From NCBI RefSeq assembly GCF_006345805.1, contig NC_042999.1, forward strand, positions 158,410,001 to 158,474,000: 64,000 nt of DNA, written 5' to 3'. The DNA comes from Octopus sinensis. Taxonomy: Eukaryota. The notes below the pieces were generated by a model, which ran no database searches, was not told where the DNA came from, and saw only the letters and a list, made by a program, of their open reading frames with translations. Both the position numbers and the translations under genes were made by a program. Shown one piece after another: positions 53,861 through 64,000 of the stretch. The stretch's first letter is position 1. Every line of letters starts with the position of its first letter.

Positions 53861-53950
53861 CGTTCAAGTATTTGGCCCTGGAGATCTGCATTTCCAGCGA
53901 CCTCGAGGGCCACCTCCCAGTGGTGTCGGGCGTCAACGAAGAGCCTTCGA
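53861..53950 (-). CDS. candidate exon, GC-rich, phase 2-2 (RRLFVDARHHWEVALEVAGNADLQGQILE)
   Basis: Minus acceptor ttggtcgttttgttgtag| and donor ACG|gtattt; 90 bp; GC far above background. An alternative frame gives MQISRAKYLN. Confidence 0.4.
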
Positions 53951-54718
53951 CTACAACAAAACGACCAAAGTTTTTTTTTCCAAGGTCTGGGGGTCTCCCG
54001 CCCCTAAACCCTAGACCATCACCTAATCACCCTTACCCGTCTTGTTGCTTAACAACAATAACAACAACAACAACAAAAGTAAATGTAGTAACCTTGGGTT
54101 GTGTTTAAGATATAGCATCATTTACAGAGAAAATGCCATCGGCAGAAATTCTGAGAATAGAAAAAGATGCAACATGTCTATTGTAGAAAACCAAGCGAGG
54201 TCAGAAATTATAGTCTTATCACTTGAGCTTGGTGAATGAATGTTACTTCATCGAACGTTGTAGCTATTAAATTGTTACTTAATTTTAGCTCCTATTTTTC
54301 TCTGAATCCCTGACTGGGCAGGTTTGTCATAGCAAACCTATCAACCTTGATTAAACATATGTTGTATGTTTAGGACTGTATTACTTTATGTGTAATTTAT
54401 TAAGTCGTTTAGTTGTCATTTGGTGGCAACTTCTAGCAGATAAAGTGAGCACGTAGAAGCATCACCTACTGGATTGTGTAACTAATGGGTTACTATTTAG
54501 GCACAGCAATAATTACTCGTAAGAGAAGGGAAATTAATTTTTACGTTCACGTTAGTTTTTTTAAATGAATGCATTTTATTGCTAAGCGTAAATATCAATT
54601 CATAGATACGATTCACGGGCAGATCTGGCGTCATATACTAACCGTTGGGATTATATCGCGTGGAAGAGACTTCTAAAATGTGTGGAGCAGAATAATTTCT
54701 GACCTTATGTTTTTACAG

Positions 54719-54759
54719 TATTTAGTTTTGATTCACTACGCTCCAATTTTAAATACAAT
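54719..54759 (+). CDS. exon 2 of candidate micro-exon gene (VFSFDSLRSNFKYN)
   Basis: Branch/acceptor ctgaccttatgtttttacag| and donor AAT|gtaagt; phase 1-0. Confidence 0.5.
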
Positions 54760-56329
54760 GTAAGTTGGTAACTTTAAGTTTTTAGATTTAATTAAATAAC
54801 AATCATTACTGTAGCGTAATTCGTAATTCGTTTAGTTGATAATGCCATTAACCAACAGAGTAAACCAATATTACAGAAATTTTCGAAGTTGTGAGTTGGG
54901 AGAGAGAATATTGAATTTCGTTCTCTAAAAACTTAGATCGTCTGGACATTTTATCCGTCTAGGATCGAAGCCATAGATACCACTAATATAACTGGGAAAG
55001 ATAGATTTCACCAGTTGGCCCAAAATTAGATGTTGTGTTGGTCTAACTTAAATTTGATATTAGTTAAGACTAATCCTACAGTATGTTTCGAGGAACCTCG
55101 TTCTTTCACTTGTTTTAAAAGCTCAAAAGTATGAGCACAATTGTGCAATTCACAGCATTTTCTTTCTATAACTTGGACAAATCATACTATCTTATAAACC
55201 TCTGAGTGACTAATGACTAAGGCATGAAATATTTAGAAATAATTATTATTGAGCGTCAAACGTAATATTCTTGTCAAGAAAGATATCCCAAAGTGCATTA
55301 CGTTAGAAAAAAATTATTTTTCTTTGATAATAGGAGGTGGTTGTAAGAGTTTGAGGAATCGATAAATAATACTTCAAAGTTTTGTTGACTCGATGATACG
55401 AAGCATCATAAGACAGCTCGATTTTCTGATGTCTGAATTGCAATGAAATACACAGAGCTACTATATAACTATGAGGGGTTATCTAGAAAATTGGAAAACT
55501 AGACAAACGGAATCATTTTCTGTAAACGCCTAGAGCTAACATGATGCAAAGTTATGATGATGTTAATATCCATCATTGAAAACTAATTTATTGTTTCCAG
55601 GGCGATGAAAGGAAACGTCTCACATCGGATAAAATAATATTAAAGAAACTCCAAGTCAAAATATTTATTGACACAGCTTTCAATGCCATTAGCAAAATAT
55701 AGTAATAATGATGTATTATGTTAGAAGAAAACAAGTTTACACGCAAGAGTCATAATCAGCTGTGTATAATCAATTGCAGAGGATAGCTGATATTGCTAAA
55801 GAGAGGAAATACAACAAATCAACTCTGGAGGAAAGCAGGGATAATAATTTGGTAACATGCAACGTACTTTTAGGAGGTTGATATGATTCATTCGAATTAA
55901 CCCTCCAGATGTGAGGCAGTTACTTTGTTGATGCTAAAGAACTGAAAGACAAATTCGTCTGTAGCGAGATATTCAACGTATTTTACATGTGGAAAAAGAA
56001 ATAATACTAAAATCTAAATGTTTTTGTTTCTTTAATTGGAGATATCTTTTTTAGCACTGGTGAAGTTCTACTTAGTATCAAACCTCTAATATCTGCCACG
56101 CAGAAGAATTATTTAGTCATGTGACTAGGTATCATCATCGTACGATTATTTCCCGATTTAGAATGAGGTTTATTTATTTCCTTTTGTCAACATCACTGTA
56201 TAATCTGATCACCTTTCTTTTGCCTGCCCAACCGATAGCTAGCAATAGTTCCCCCTTTTGTTATGTTTTCTCACGTCAGAAATAGAAGTAATTAAAGTTT
56301 AATTTTGAGTATAAAATAAAAATCAAATT

Positions 56330-56535
56330 TTGGCATAAGGCCAGCAATTTCGTGGGGAATTTTAAGTTGATTACCTCGACCTTAGCGTTCAACTGGAACT
56401 TATTTTATCAACCTCGAAAGGATAAAAGGCAAATTTGTACCCTGGTGGCATTTGAACTCAGAACATAACGTCAGAAAAAATGTCGCGAAGCATGTTGTTC
56501 GGCGTGAAAAAGATTTCGCCCACTCTCCGCCTTCA
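56330..56535 (-). mobile_element. SINE family C, degenerate
   Basis: TTTATCAACCTCGAAAGGATAAAAGGCAAA core and CCGCCTT head end. Confidence 0.7.
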
Positions 56536-56864
56536 TGAAAATTGATTAATTAAAATGAAGAATACTACATGGTTTGTACGTGAATAGTTCTCTTAACAAT
56601 CTTCAGACACTAATCGATATATATATATACCTATTCAGTATAGCTTTATGTGTCTGAAACAAGTATGAATTTAAATGAAAATTATGTGCCTCAGAAAACA
56701 TAGTGATGCTTATAATATCAATCCCGCAGGTAGAAAAGAAAAATCTGACATCGGAAATATTCGAATTCCAAGAGCAGATAGACAGCACTAAATTCTCTAT
56801 TTTGTCCAACAATCTAAAGACTGTGAAATTGATTATGGGGTTGAATCTTGAAAGATCCCCTCCA

Positions 56865-57121
56865 AGGTACAAGACCAAGCAAGGTTGTTTTATGGAAACC
56901 AGCATCAACCCCTCTCCACGCCACCAATATTATCCAGGGGAAAGGCAATGGCCGATACAGCTTGGCACTTGTGACGTCGCAACTCTACACTGAGTGGACT
57001 GGAGCAATGTGAAATAAAGTGTCTTGCTCAAGAACACAGCATACAACCCGGTCCGGAAATGGAACTCACCACCTCATGATTACAAGCCCGATGCTCTAAC
57101 CACTGAGCCATACGCCTTCAC
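56865..57121 (-). mobile_element. SINE sharing head/core with 50482-50807, different tail
   Basis: CTGAGTGGACTGGAGCAATGTGAAATAAAGTGTCTTGCTCAAG and CTCTAACCACTGAGCCATACGCCTTCAC. Confidence 0.75.
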
Positions 57122-57826
57122 ATACATTTGAGTACTTGAACAAAGAATGGGAGTAAAAACGTTTCTCCAATTGTTTTACTGATCTAGTTTTCTTAATTTT
57201 CTTTTTGTTTCTGGGATGAAGCAAACAATAGAATAAAGGGAAATGCGTAAGTAATAGAAGGGGAAAATTATTTGTTATGGTACTTCATCTATCAAACAAT
57301 CTGATCAATAACTTACTCAGATTTTCACCTTTTTGCCTCTAGCTTCTGTAATATTTCTGTGTTCTGCAAATCAAACTGGAGTTCTATCATTGCCACTGAA
57401 TAACGAAGTAATTCAATGTGACCAGTTGGAACTATCATTGCGTGTTGACCAACCAGTTTTGAATAGTTTATTACTTACATTTATTACAACAGAGAGAGAA
57501 GTATCTTCTTGATGTTAGGTGCACCGGACGATTAAGAGCCAACTGCTTAAACATAGATACATTACTGAGTTAGTGATGAGATATAAATTCTCATCTTACC
57601 TTTTGGACAGGTATCATGTTGCTATATTAGTAGCGGTATAGACTAAAATACGGTTTTTATTTCCCAGAGAAAGAAAATTCCTTGTGTGTTCTGTTGTCTA
57701 TAGTAAAATAATGAGAAAATTTAAACAAGATAAAGCATCTAATTTGACTATTTATTATTTTAAACCGCACAAAAAGCACCAAGATAGGTAAAAAGTTCAA
57801 AGACTGGCTTAATATTACAATTTTAG

Positions 57827-57881
57827 TCAGGAGAAAGGTACAGAAAGTTAAATGGACCTCAGTATTTCAATGGAACGTTAG
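57827..57881 (+). CDS. exon 3 of candidate micro-exon gene (SGERYRKLNGPQYFNGTL)
   Basis: Acceptor attacaattttag| (alternative tcag| 4 nt downstream) and strong donor TTAG|gtgagt; phase 0-1. Confidence 0.5.
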
Positions 57882-59045
57882 GTGAGTAAATGTAGTAAGG
57901 AATTTGCCCGTTGTATTGCAGAGATTACCATTCCAATAGCATTAAGAGGAGAAATAAAAATTCTTCATGTATAGAGTGACACATTCATTGTCAGTTGAAG
58001 TTTTCCTACTAAAGACTCAGACAAATTTCGAAGACATACCCTTCACCTGATAAAAATATAGTTAAGTGGGAGAAAATCTTCAAATGGTGAGCAAAAGGAA
58101 TGCTCAAATTAAAGATATACCCGTAACGAAGAGAAAGGTCAATAAGGTTAAATACATAATTCTTACGCTAGTACAGTGACAATATGCTTGTAGTATCACT
58201 CATTTGGAATCTGGTGTGTCTTAGAATAGTCTTCGCTCATAATGCGGAAACTTGTTTGGAATTGTCAATGCAAATATGTAAGATCAGACTTAATTTCTCC
58301 TGCATTATATTATGCAATTTATAATCTCAACTTTGCAATTGTCTGTCTTTTGCTCCTTGCCAATCCTTATTCTAGCGATTTCCCTTTTTATTGCGGTTGT
58401 CATTTTCATTAATTCTTATTGTTCAATATATTAAATATGTTTGCTCTAAAGTGACGAGATGTTCCCACAAAACCCCGATACATAATATTTATTTTGTATT
58501 GGGGATGCCAGAGCAAAGAAAAATATTTCGGGGGAAGCTGTGAAGGTAATTATAACATACATACTTTTCCGGAGTAGATTAAGGGTTCGAAGTCACGTAA
58601 ACCTGCATTGACCGTTTATTAAAACCAATTTTCAAGTATGGTGTAGGTTTGTACAAGTCGGTGGTGGGGTATTTCGACAGAAAATACTTTTAATTTCTGT
58701 TGAGAAGTCACAATACGAAGTTTAGTGATCGTCAACTAAATCGAAATTCCCCATATTATCGGTACTATTTTATCTGCAGTTCACGGTTTATAATAACTAA
58801 ATCGACTTGCATGAAACTAGACAAAATGCAAAGCCATAAAATAATATTTATATCGAGGAGGCAGTTTGATAAAACATTTTGTAGCCAAAAGGTTAACTAA
58901 ATTTTTTATAATAAGAGAAAGTGGAGACAAGAGAGAGACAAATACTTTCTGATTAAAAATGTAAGATTTTACGGCTTTTGTCCATACAATTCAATTATCA
59001 TGAAGAATTTATGTAATCCTTTTAATTGTTGTTATTGTTTTGCAG

Positions 59046-59100
59046 TGTCATCTCTTGCACCACCTCCCCCAGAAGGCTATGTGTACGTTCTGCCTCAACG
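59046..59100 (+). CDS. exon 4 of candidate micro-exon gene (VSSLAPPPPEGYVYVLPQ)
   Basis: Acceptor ttttaattgttgttattgttttgcag| and donor ACG|gtaagg; locally GC-rich; phase 1-2. Confidence 0.6.
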
Positions 59101-59509
59101 GTAAGGATATTATTTACAATTATCAATATGAATAATAAAGGCATTATTATAAAATAATTTCATTTATATGGATTTTGGATGCCACAAACGAGAAGTTATT
59201 GTTTGATGTTCTTTTCTTTAAAATTTACTAATATAGCATTACTTCATGAAAATCAAAAGCAATAAATCAGTCTCCTGAACTATATTTTGTATTTTGATGA
59301 TATCTAGCCTTGCTGATATTATCATTTGGAATTAGACACAATGAATCGTGCTTCCAAACATCAGGGTATAACCCCGTAGAGAGTGAGGGATAATTGATGA
59401 GTTTCATGTGTATAGATGAAAGTTCCAGGACTATTTTCTTTTCCTTAAGTGTAGCGAAGGGACATTTTCAGGTCTAGTAGCCTTGTTGGTCTGAATCATT
59501 TGAAAGCAA

Positions 59510-59800
59510 AGTGCCTTGTGAGTGGATTTGGTAGACGGAAACTGAAAGAAGCCTGTCGTATATATGTATATATATATATGTGTGTGTGTATATGTTTGTG
59601 TGTTTGTCCCCCTAGCATTGCTTGACAACCGATGCTGGTGTGTTTACGTCCCCGTCACTTAGCGGTTCGGCAAAAAGAGACCGATAGTATAAGTACTGGG
59701 CTTACAAAGAATAAGTCCCGGGGTCGATTTGCTCGACTAAAGGCGGTGCTCCAGCATGGCCGCAGTCAAATGACTGAAACAAGTAAAAGAGTAAAAGAGT
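59510..59800 (+). mobile_element. SINE family B, 5'-truncated young copy
   Basis: Begins GCCTTGTGAGTGGATTTGG; nearly identical to the 3' part of 41367-41785. Confidence 0.9.
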
Positions 59801-60194
59801 AACTACAGTAGATTCTTAAGTAATGAAGCAAAGCAAACAGGGTAAACGGAGCCCTAAGTTACATTTATGCTTTTTGTGTCTGGGTGTAAATAAGGTATAA
59901 ATTCGTGAAAGTATTAGCCGTGGATTCATACTCTTCTTCATCCATCATAAAGGGAAATGCTTTGAAGGTCTGCATATTTGTGATGAGCATAAATATTCGA
60001 TAAAAAGAAAGCCTTCTGCATTAATATGTGTGGGGAGGATTTCATTAAAAGTTCGGACAAAACTATTCTTCGTGGAATTGTTATAAGATAGATTTGAAAA
60101 TAACAATATAGTTTTTCCACAAACTGAGGAATAATGCAGCAGTTATAATTAAAAGTGTTCTTTTAAGAACTCAAATATCATACTACCTCCGCAG

Positions 60195-60273
60195 AGACTA
60201 TCAAAGAAGAATAGCAGCAGATAAACCGACGCTTGTCGGGGAAAAAATATCATTAAGCGATTTACTCGAATAG
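60195..60273 (+). CDS. terminal exon 5 of candidate micro-exon gene (RDYQRRIAADKPTLVGEKISLSDLLE*)
   Basis: Acceptor catactacctccgcag|; open in the phase-2 frame required by exon 4; TAG at 60271-60273. Confidence 0.4.
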
Positions 60274-60415
60274 ATAATAGAGGAACGCATTCATTCTTGG
60301 GGCAACTAGAGATAAATAAGTTAAATTGAGTACTTTATCACCGTCTCATCACTATCACCATAACCATCATCATTATTATCATCGTCATTATCACAATAAT
60401 AATAATAATAATAAT

Positions 60416-60496
<81 letters not shown>

Positions 60497-61184
60497 CATC
60501 ATCATCATCATCATCATGTTTGAAGCAGATTAACTTCTAATGGGAATGCACAACTCAATCAAAAGATGAAAATACTCTCAAGCAGAATATTTAAATGTGA
60601 TTCAGTATATTTACGATGTTTGTTTCTTTAGCATAAAACGCATATTCTAACTGTATGAAGTCATTTTATTTAGCAAAACGTACAATAGAAAAATTCAAAC
60701 ATTTTGATTTATTTTGACATTTTTCCTCTGTTATTTTTCCTTAAATGATATGTCGATTTAATATTCTGAACGTCAAGTAAGCAAGATTACATGAGCAGAC
60801 AAATCGCATGAATTCATACTGACAGCAGCATTTAATTATCCTTTCAGTTTTTACTGATCTGACAATCTCGTTTCGACATTCGCGTGCATTCTCCACTTAA
60901 CAAATACTATTATATTACACAAGCAATCGTTCTTTATGGCTACAAAGGTCTTCAAAATACCACAGCTCAGCATCAAGGAAAGCAAAATTTATGCATATGC
61001 AAGCATATCTGACTCTACACTATCAAGTCATATAATGTTCAAATTTAGTAATGATATTTATAGAACTAAGTTGGTGACGTTCACTTAGTACTGCGCCTCT
61101 TGTATGACCACTAATCGATATGCAAAGGATACCGCACGTGGCCCTCACGTTTATCCGCCTCTCAAACTGAAATCTGTCTTTCTG

Positions 61185-61380
61185 GTCACTTGCCAAAAGA
61201 ATATTGTCCAAATTTTCTAAGACCTTTTATCCTCTTCTTCTAAACAATGATGGCGCCATAAGCAGTAATCCTACTGAGAAAGCTTCCACTTTTGTCGCTG
61301 CTTGCACAACTAAATCCACGCTACATGCTCCATTAACCCCTTCCCAACCTATTCCATTTTACTCCACCAGGTTCTCCATT
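61185..61380 (+). mobile_element. decayed LINE ORF2 fragment (linker between APE and RT; I/Jockey/Nimb-like)
   Basis: LAKRILSKFSKTFYPLL.NDGAISSNPTEKASTF......STL. Confidence 0.4.
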
Positions 61381-61384
61381 CCGC

Positions 61385-61810
61385 TTCCATACCTACAAAG
61401 TACTCTTTACTCTTTCTCTCTTTTACTTGTTTCAGTCATTTGACTGCGGCCATGCTGGAGCACCGCCTTTAGTCGAGCAAATCGACCCCGGGACTTATTC
61501 TTTGTAAGCCCAGTACTTATTCTAACGGTCTATTTTGCCGAACCGCTAAGTTACGGGGACGTAAACACACTACCACAAGGATGTTGGTGGGGGGGGGGAC
61601 AAACACATACACACAAGCACATACATACATATTTATATATACATATATACGACGGGCTTCTTTCAGTTTCTGTCTACCAAATCGAGTCACAAGGCTTTGG
61701 TCGACCCGAGGCTATAGTAGAAGTCACTTGCCCAAGGTGCCACGTAGTGGGACTGAACCCGGAACTATGTGGTTCATAAGCAAGCTACTTACCACAAAGC
61801 CACTCCTACG
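61385..61810 (-). mobile_element. SINE family B
   Basis: Full head and tail; reverse complement of 41367-41785. Confidence 0.88.
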
Positions 61811-62257
61811 CAAAAATAATAAAATATAGGTGACTGGAACAAATAACTGTTTATCAAGAATTTCTAAAAAATAAATTTAATAATAGCATTTTTTTTCGAA
61901 AGCTGGCTTTCCTTAGAGAAGATTCGTGGATTATCTCGGGTGAGAGCTGCTTATTACTCGAGATTTTATAATAATTATAAAAATTAAACAAAATTTATAC
62001 GTAAAATTAAAATAATTTTATCTTATATCATTTACTTATTTCAATCATTAGACGGTGGTCATGCAGGGGTACTTCCTTGAAGAATTTTAGTCGAACGATT
62101 TGGCTTCAGTACATATTTTTATAGCCTGGTATTTATTCTATAGATCCCTAATGCTGAACCGCTAAGTTACGAGGACTTAACCGCACCAGCACTGGGTTTT
62201 CAAGTGGTGGTGGGGGACAAACATAGTCACAAAGAGACACACGTGGACATACATACA

Positions 62258-62289
<32 letters not shown>

Positions 62290-62300
62290 GACAGACAGAA

Positions 62301-62337
<37 letters not shown>

Positions 62338-62402
62338 CAGATATATATATATATATAGATAGATAGATAGAGATAGATAGATAGATAGACAGACAGACAG
62401 GC

Positions 62403-62439
<37 letters not shown>

Positions 62440-63679
62440 TGAATATAGTTATATACGAGGAACTTCTTTCACTTTCCGTCTACAAATCCATTCACAAGGT
62501 TTTGGTCGGCCTGAGGCAATCATAGAGGTACAGATGTGGTTGAGAAGCAAACTTCTTATTACACAGTCACGACTGAGGATCAAAATGTAGAAATGCATTA
62601 GAAATAGGTTCACTCATACGTTCATATGAACCTGATTCTGTTCCGATGAACTGACGTGCACATTCTGATACTGATAGCATAATGAAGAAAGATAATGCCT
62701 TATTAAATTATTTTGCTAACGTTTTGATTGAGATGGATATTCTGATCTGGTGCACAACGAAACTACTTTCATATACTTTCATCGGATTTCTTATACAGAA
62801 TTCAGAAATGAACATTATTCTATCTTACGAGAACTGGCTGTCATATGTTGTGCAGCTACTAATCCCTAGAAACGTAGAATTAGCAAAGTGTTGTTGCTAA
62901 ATCAATCATAATTTAAAGAATTCTATCCTCATACAATATCTGTCGTTTGTCATGCTAAACTATATATATAGTTTCCTTGCCATATATAATAAATAGTCCC
63001 ATGCAACTGCGTTCAATATCCTAAACGCAAGGACAGCTTACTGTTAGATCAGGTATACAATTTCTAAATGCACGCTGAGAGAAATTGCAATCGTTCATTA
63101 TTGAAATAAATCCATTTCATGACACAGTAGTAGTTCAGTATGAGATCTCATTCTTTGTTATAAAATTTCTATCTTTTTTATTGGAGGTTTTCGTAATTAT
63201 AATATATCGAATAGATTATTGTAATATTCATCGCTTTAGGATTCATAATTCCTCCTTTCATTCGAAAGGAAATATATTTTGTGTAAGGTATACATTGATT
63301 TTACTCAGAAATGATTTGGTAGCGAATGTATAATGTTCGAAAATATATTCTTGGTCTTAAACGCAATTCGTAGATATTGTTTTTAAGAACAAGAGTAAAA
63401 TTCTATACGGATTATCACGGAAAGCACTAAAGACACAGAAAGAGTGGGGCACACACACAGGCACGCATACACGTGTCCACAGACACACACATATGCACAT
63501 TACCACTCCGTCTACGTATACATGGCAACACACACACTCGCTACCATACACACGCACAGTATCACAGACACATGCCACCACGACAAGTACACACGCCACC
63601 ACGCACACACAAAGTTAATGCCACACACACGCTACCATATACCCGCACGCTATGACACACATGTCTCTTCTATCTGCTT

Positions 63680-64000
63680 TATAACCTCCCCCACGGTATC
63701 GTTAGCCCGTCCATACATTTGATTTTGCTTCTCTTCAAGATTAACACACCACATTTTCTCAGTCCGAACTCCATTCTGATATCAGCACTGAAGGTATAGA
63801 CCGTATCAACGAAGAAACCGACTTGGGCTTCATCTTTAGCATAAAGTTTGAGGTCATCCATGAATAACAAATGGTTGATTTTTTGTTGTCGGCTTTTGAA
63901 TACATATCAAGCTTTTGCTTTTCTCAATATCAGAGTTAGTGTTATCAAGCAAAATACAAATATCAGTGGGGCGTAGTAGTCCCCTTGCCTGGAAGATGCC
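63680..64000 (-). mobile_element. R4/Dong-type RT fragment running off the window end
   Basis: GIFQ/GD...PLIFV...KINHLLFMDDLKLYAK....MEFGLRKC; frameshift and stop. Confidence 0.85.

Noticed and set aside
54001-54014. CCCCTAAACCCTAG as a telomerase RNA template or telomeric seed
   Set aside because: It matches TTTAGGG rather than the usual metazoan TTAGGG, is under two units long, and no pseudoknot or H/ACA features are evident.

Overview
Eukaryotic, very AT-rich DNA dense in microsatellites. The repeat repertoire is typical of an octopus/coleoid cephalopod genome (inference from recognised SINE and LINE types). There are no bacterial-type features, and most ORFs in the supplied track are microsatellite translation artefacts. 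The window is dominated by mobile DNA: several tRNA-derived SINE families (including a Nin/Deu-domain-like family), a decayed pogo-type transposon with intact TIRs, Helitron-like inserts, two Penelope-like (PLE) RT remnants, RTE and Tx1/L1 LINE ends, and a cluster of R4/Dong-type restriction-like-endonuclease (REL) LINEs sitting in (AAT)n arrays. Highlights found by reading the sequence: (1) four type-I hammerhead ribozyme motifs, three of them in one dispersed/inverted repeat next to a PLE RT; (2) a ~550 bp non-coding element present three times, always inside and co-oriented with (AAT)n, a candidate non-autonomous microsatellite-targeting retroelement; (3) a phase-consistent five-micro-exon plus-strand gene model (51380-60273) for an unrecognised 90-aa secreted-type peptide; (4) several candidate minus-strand exons; (5) multiple fold-back/inverted duplications. 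Gene models were built by hand from splice signals and are unverified.
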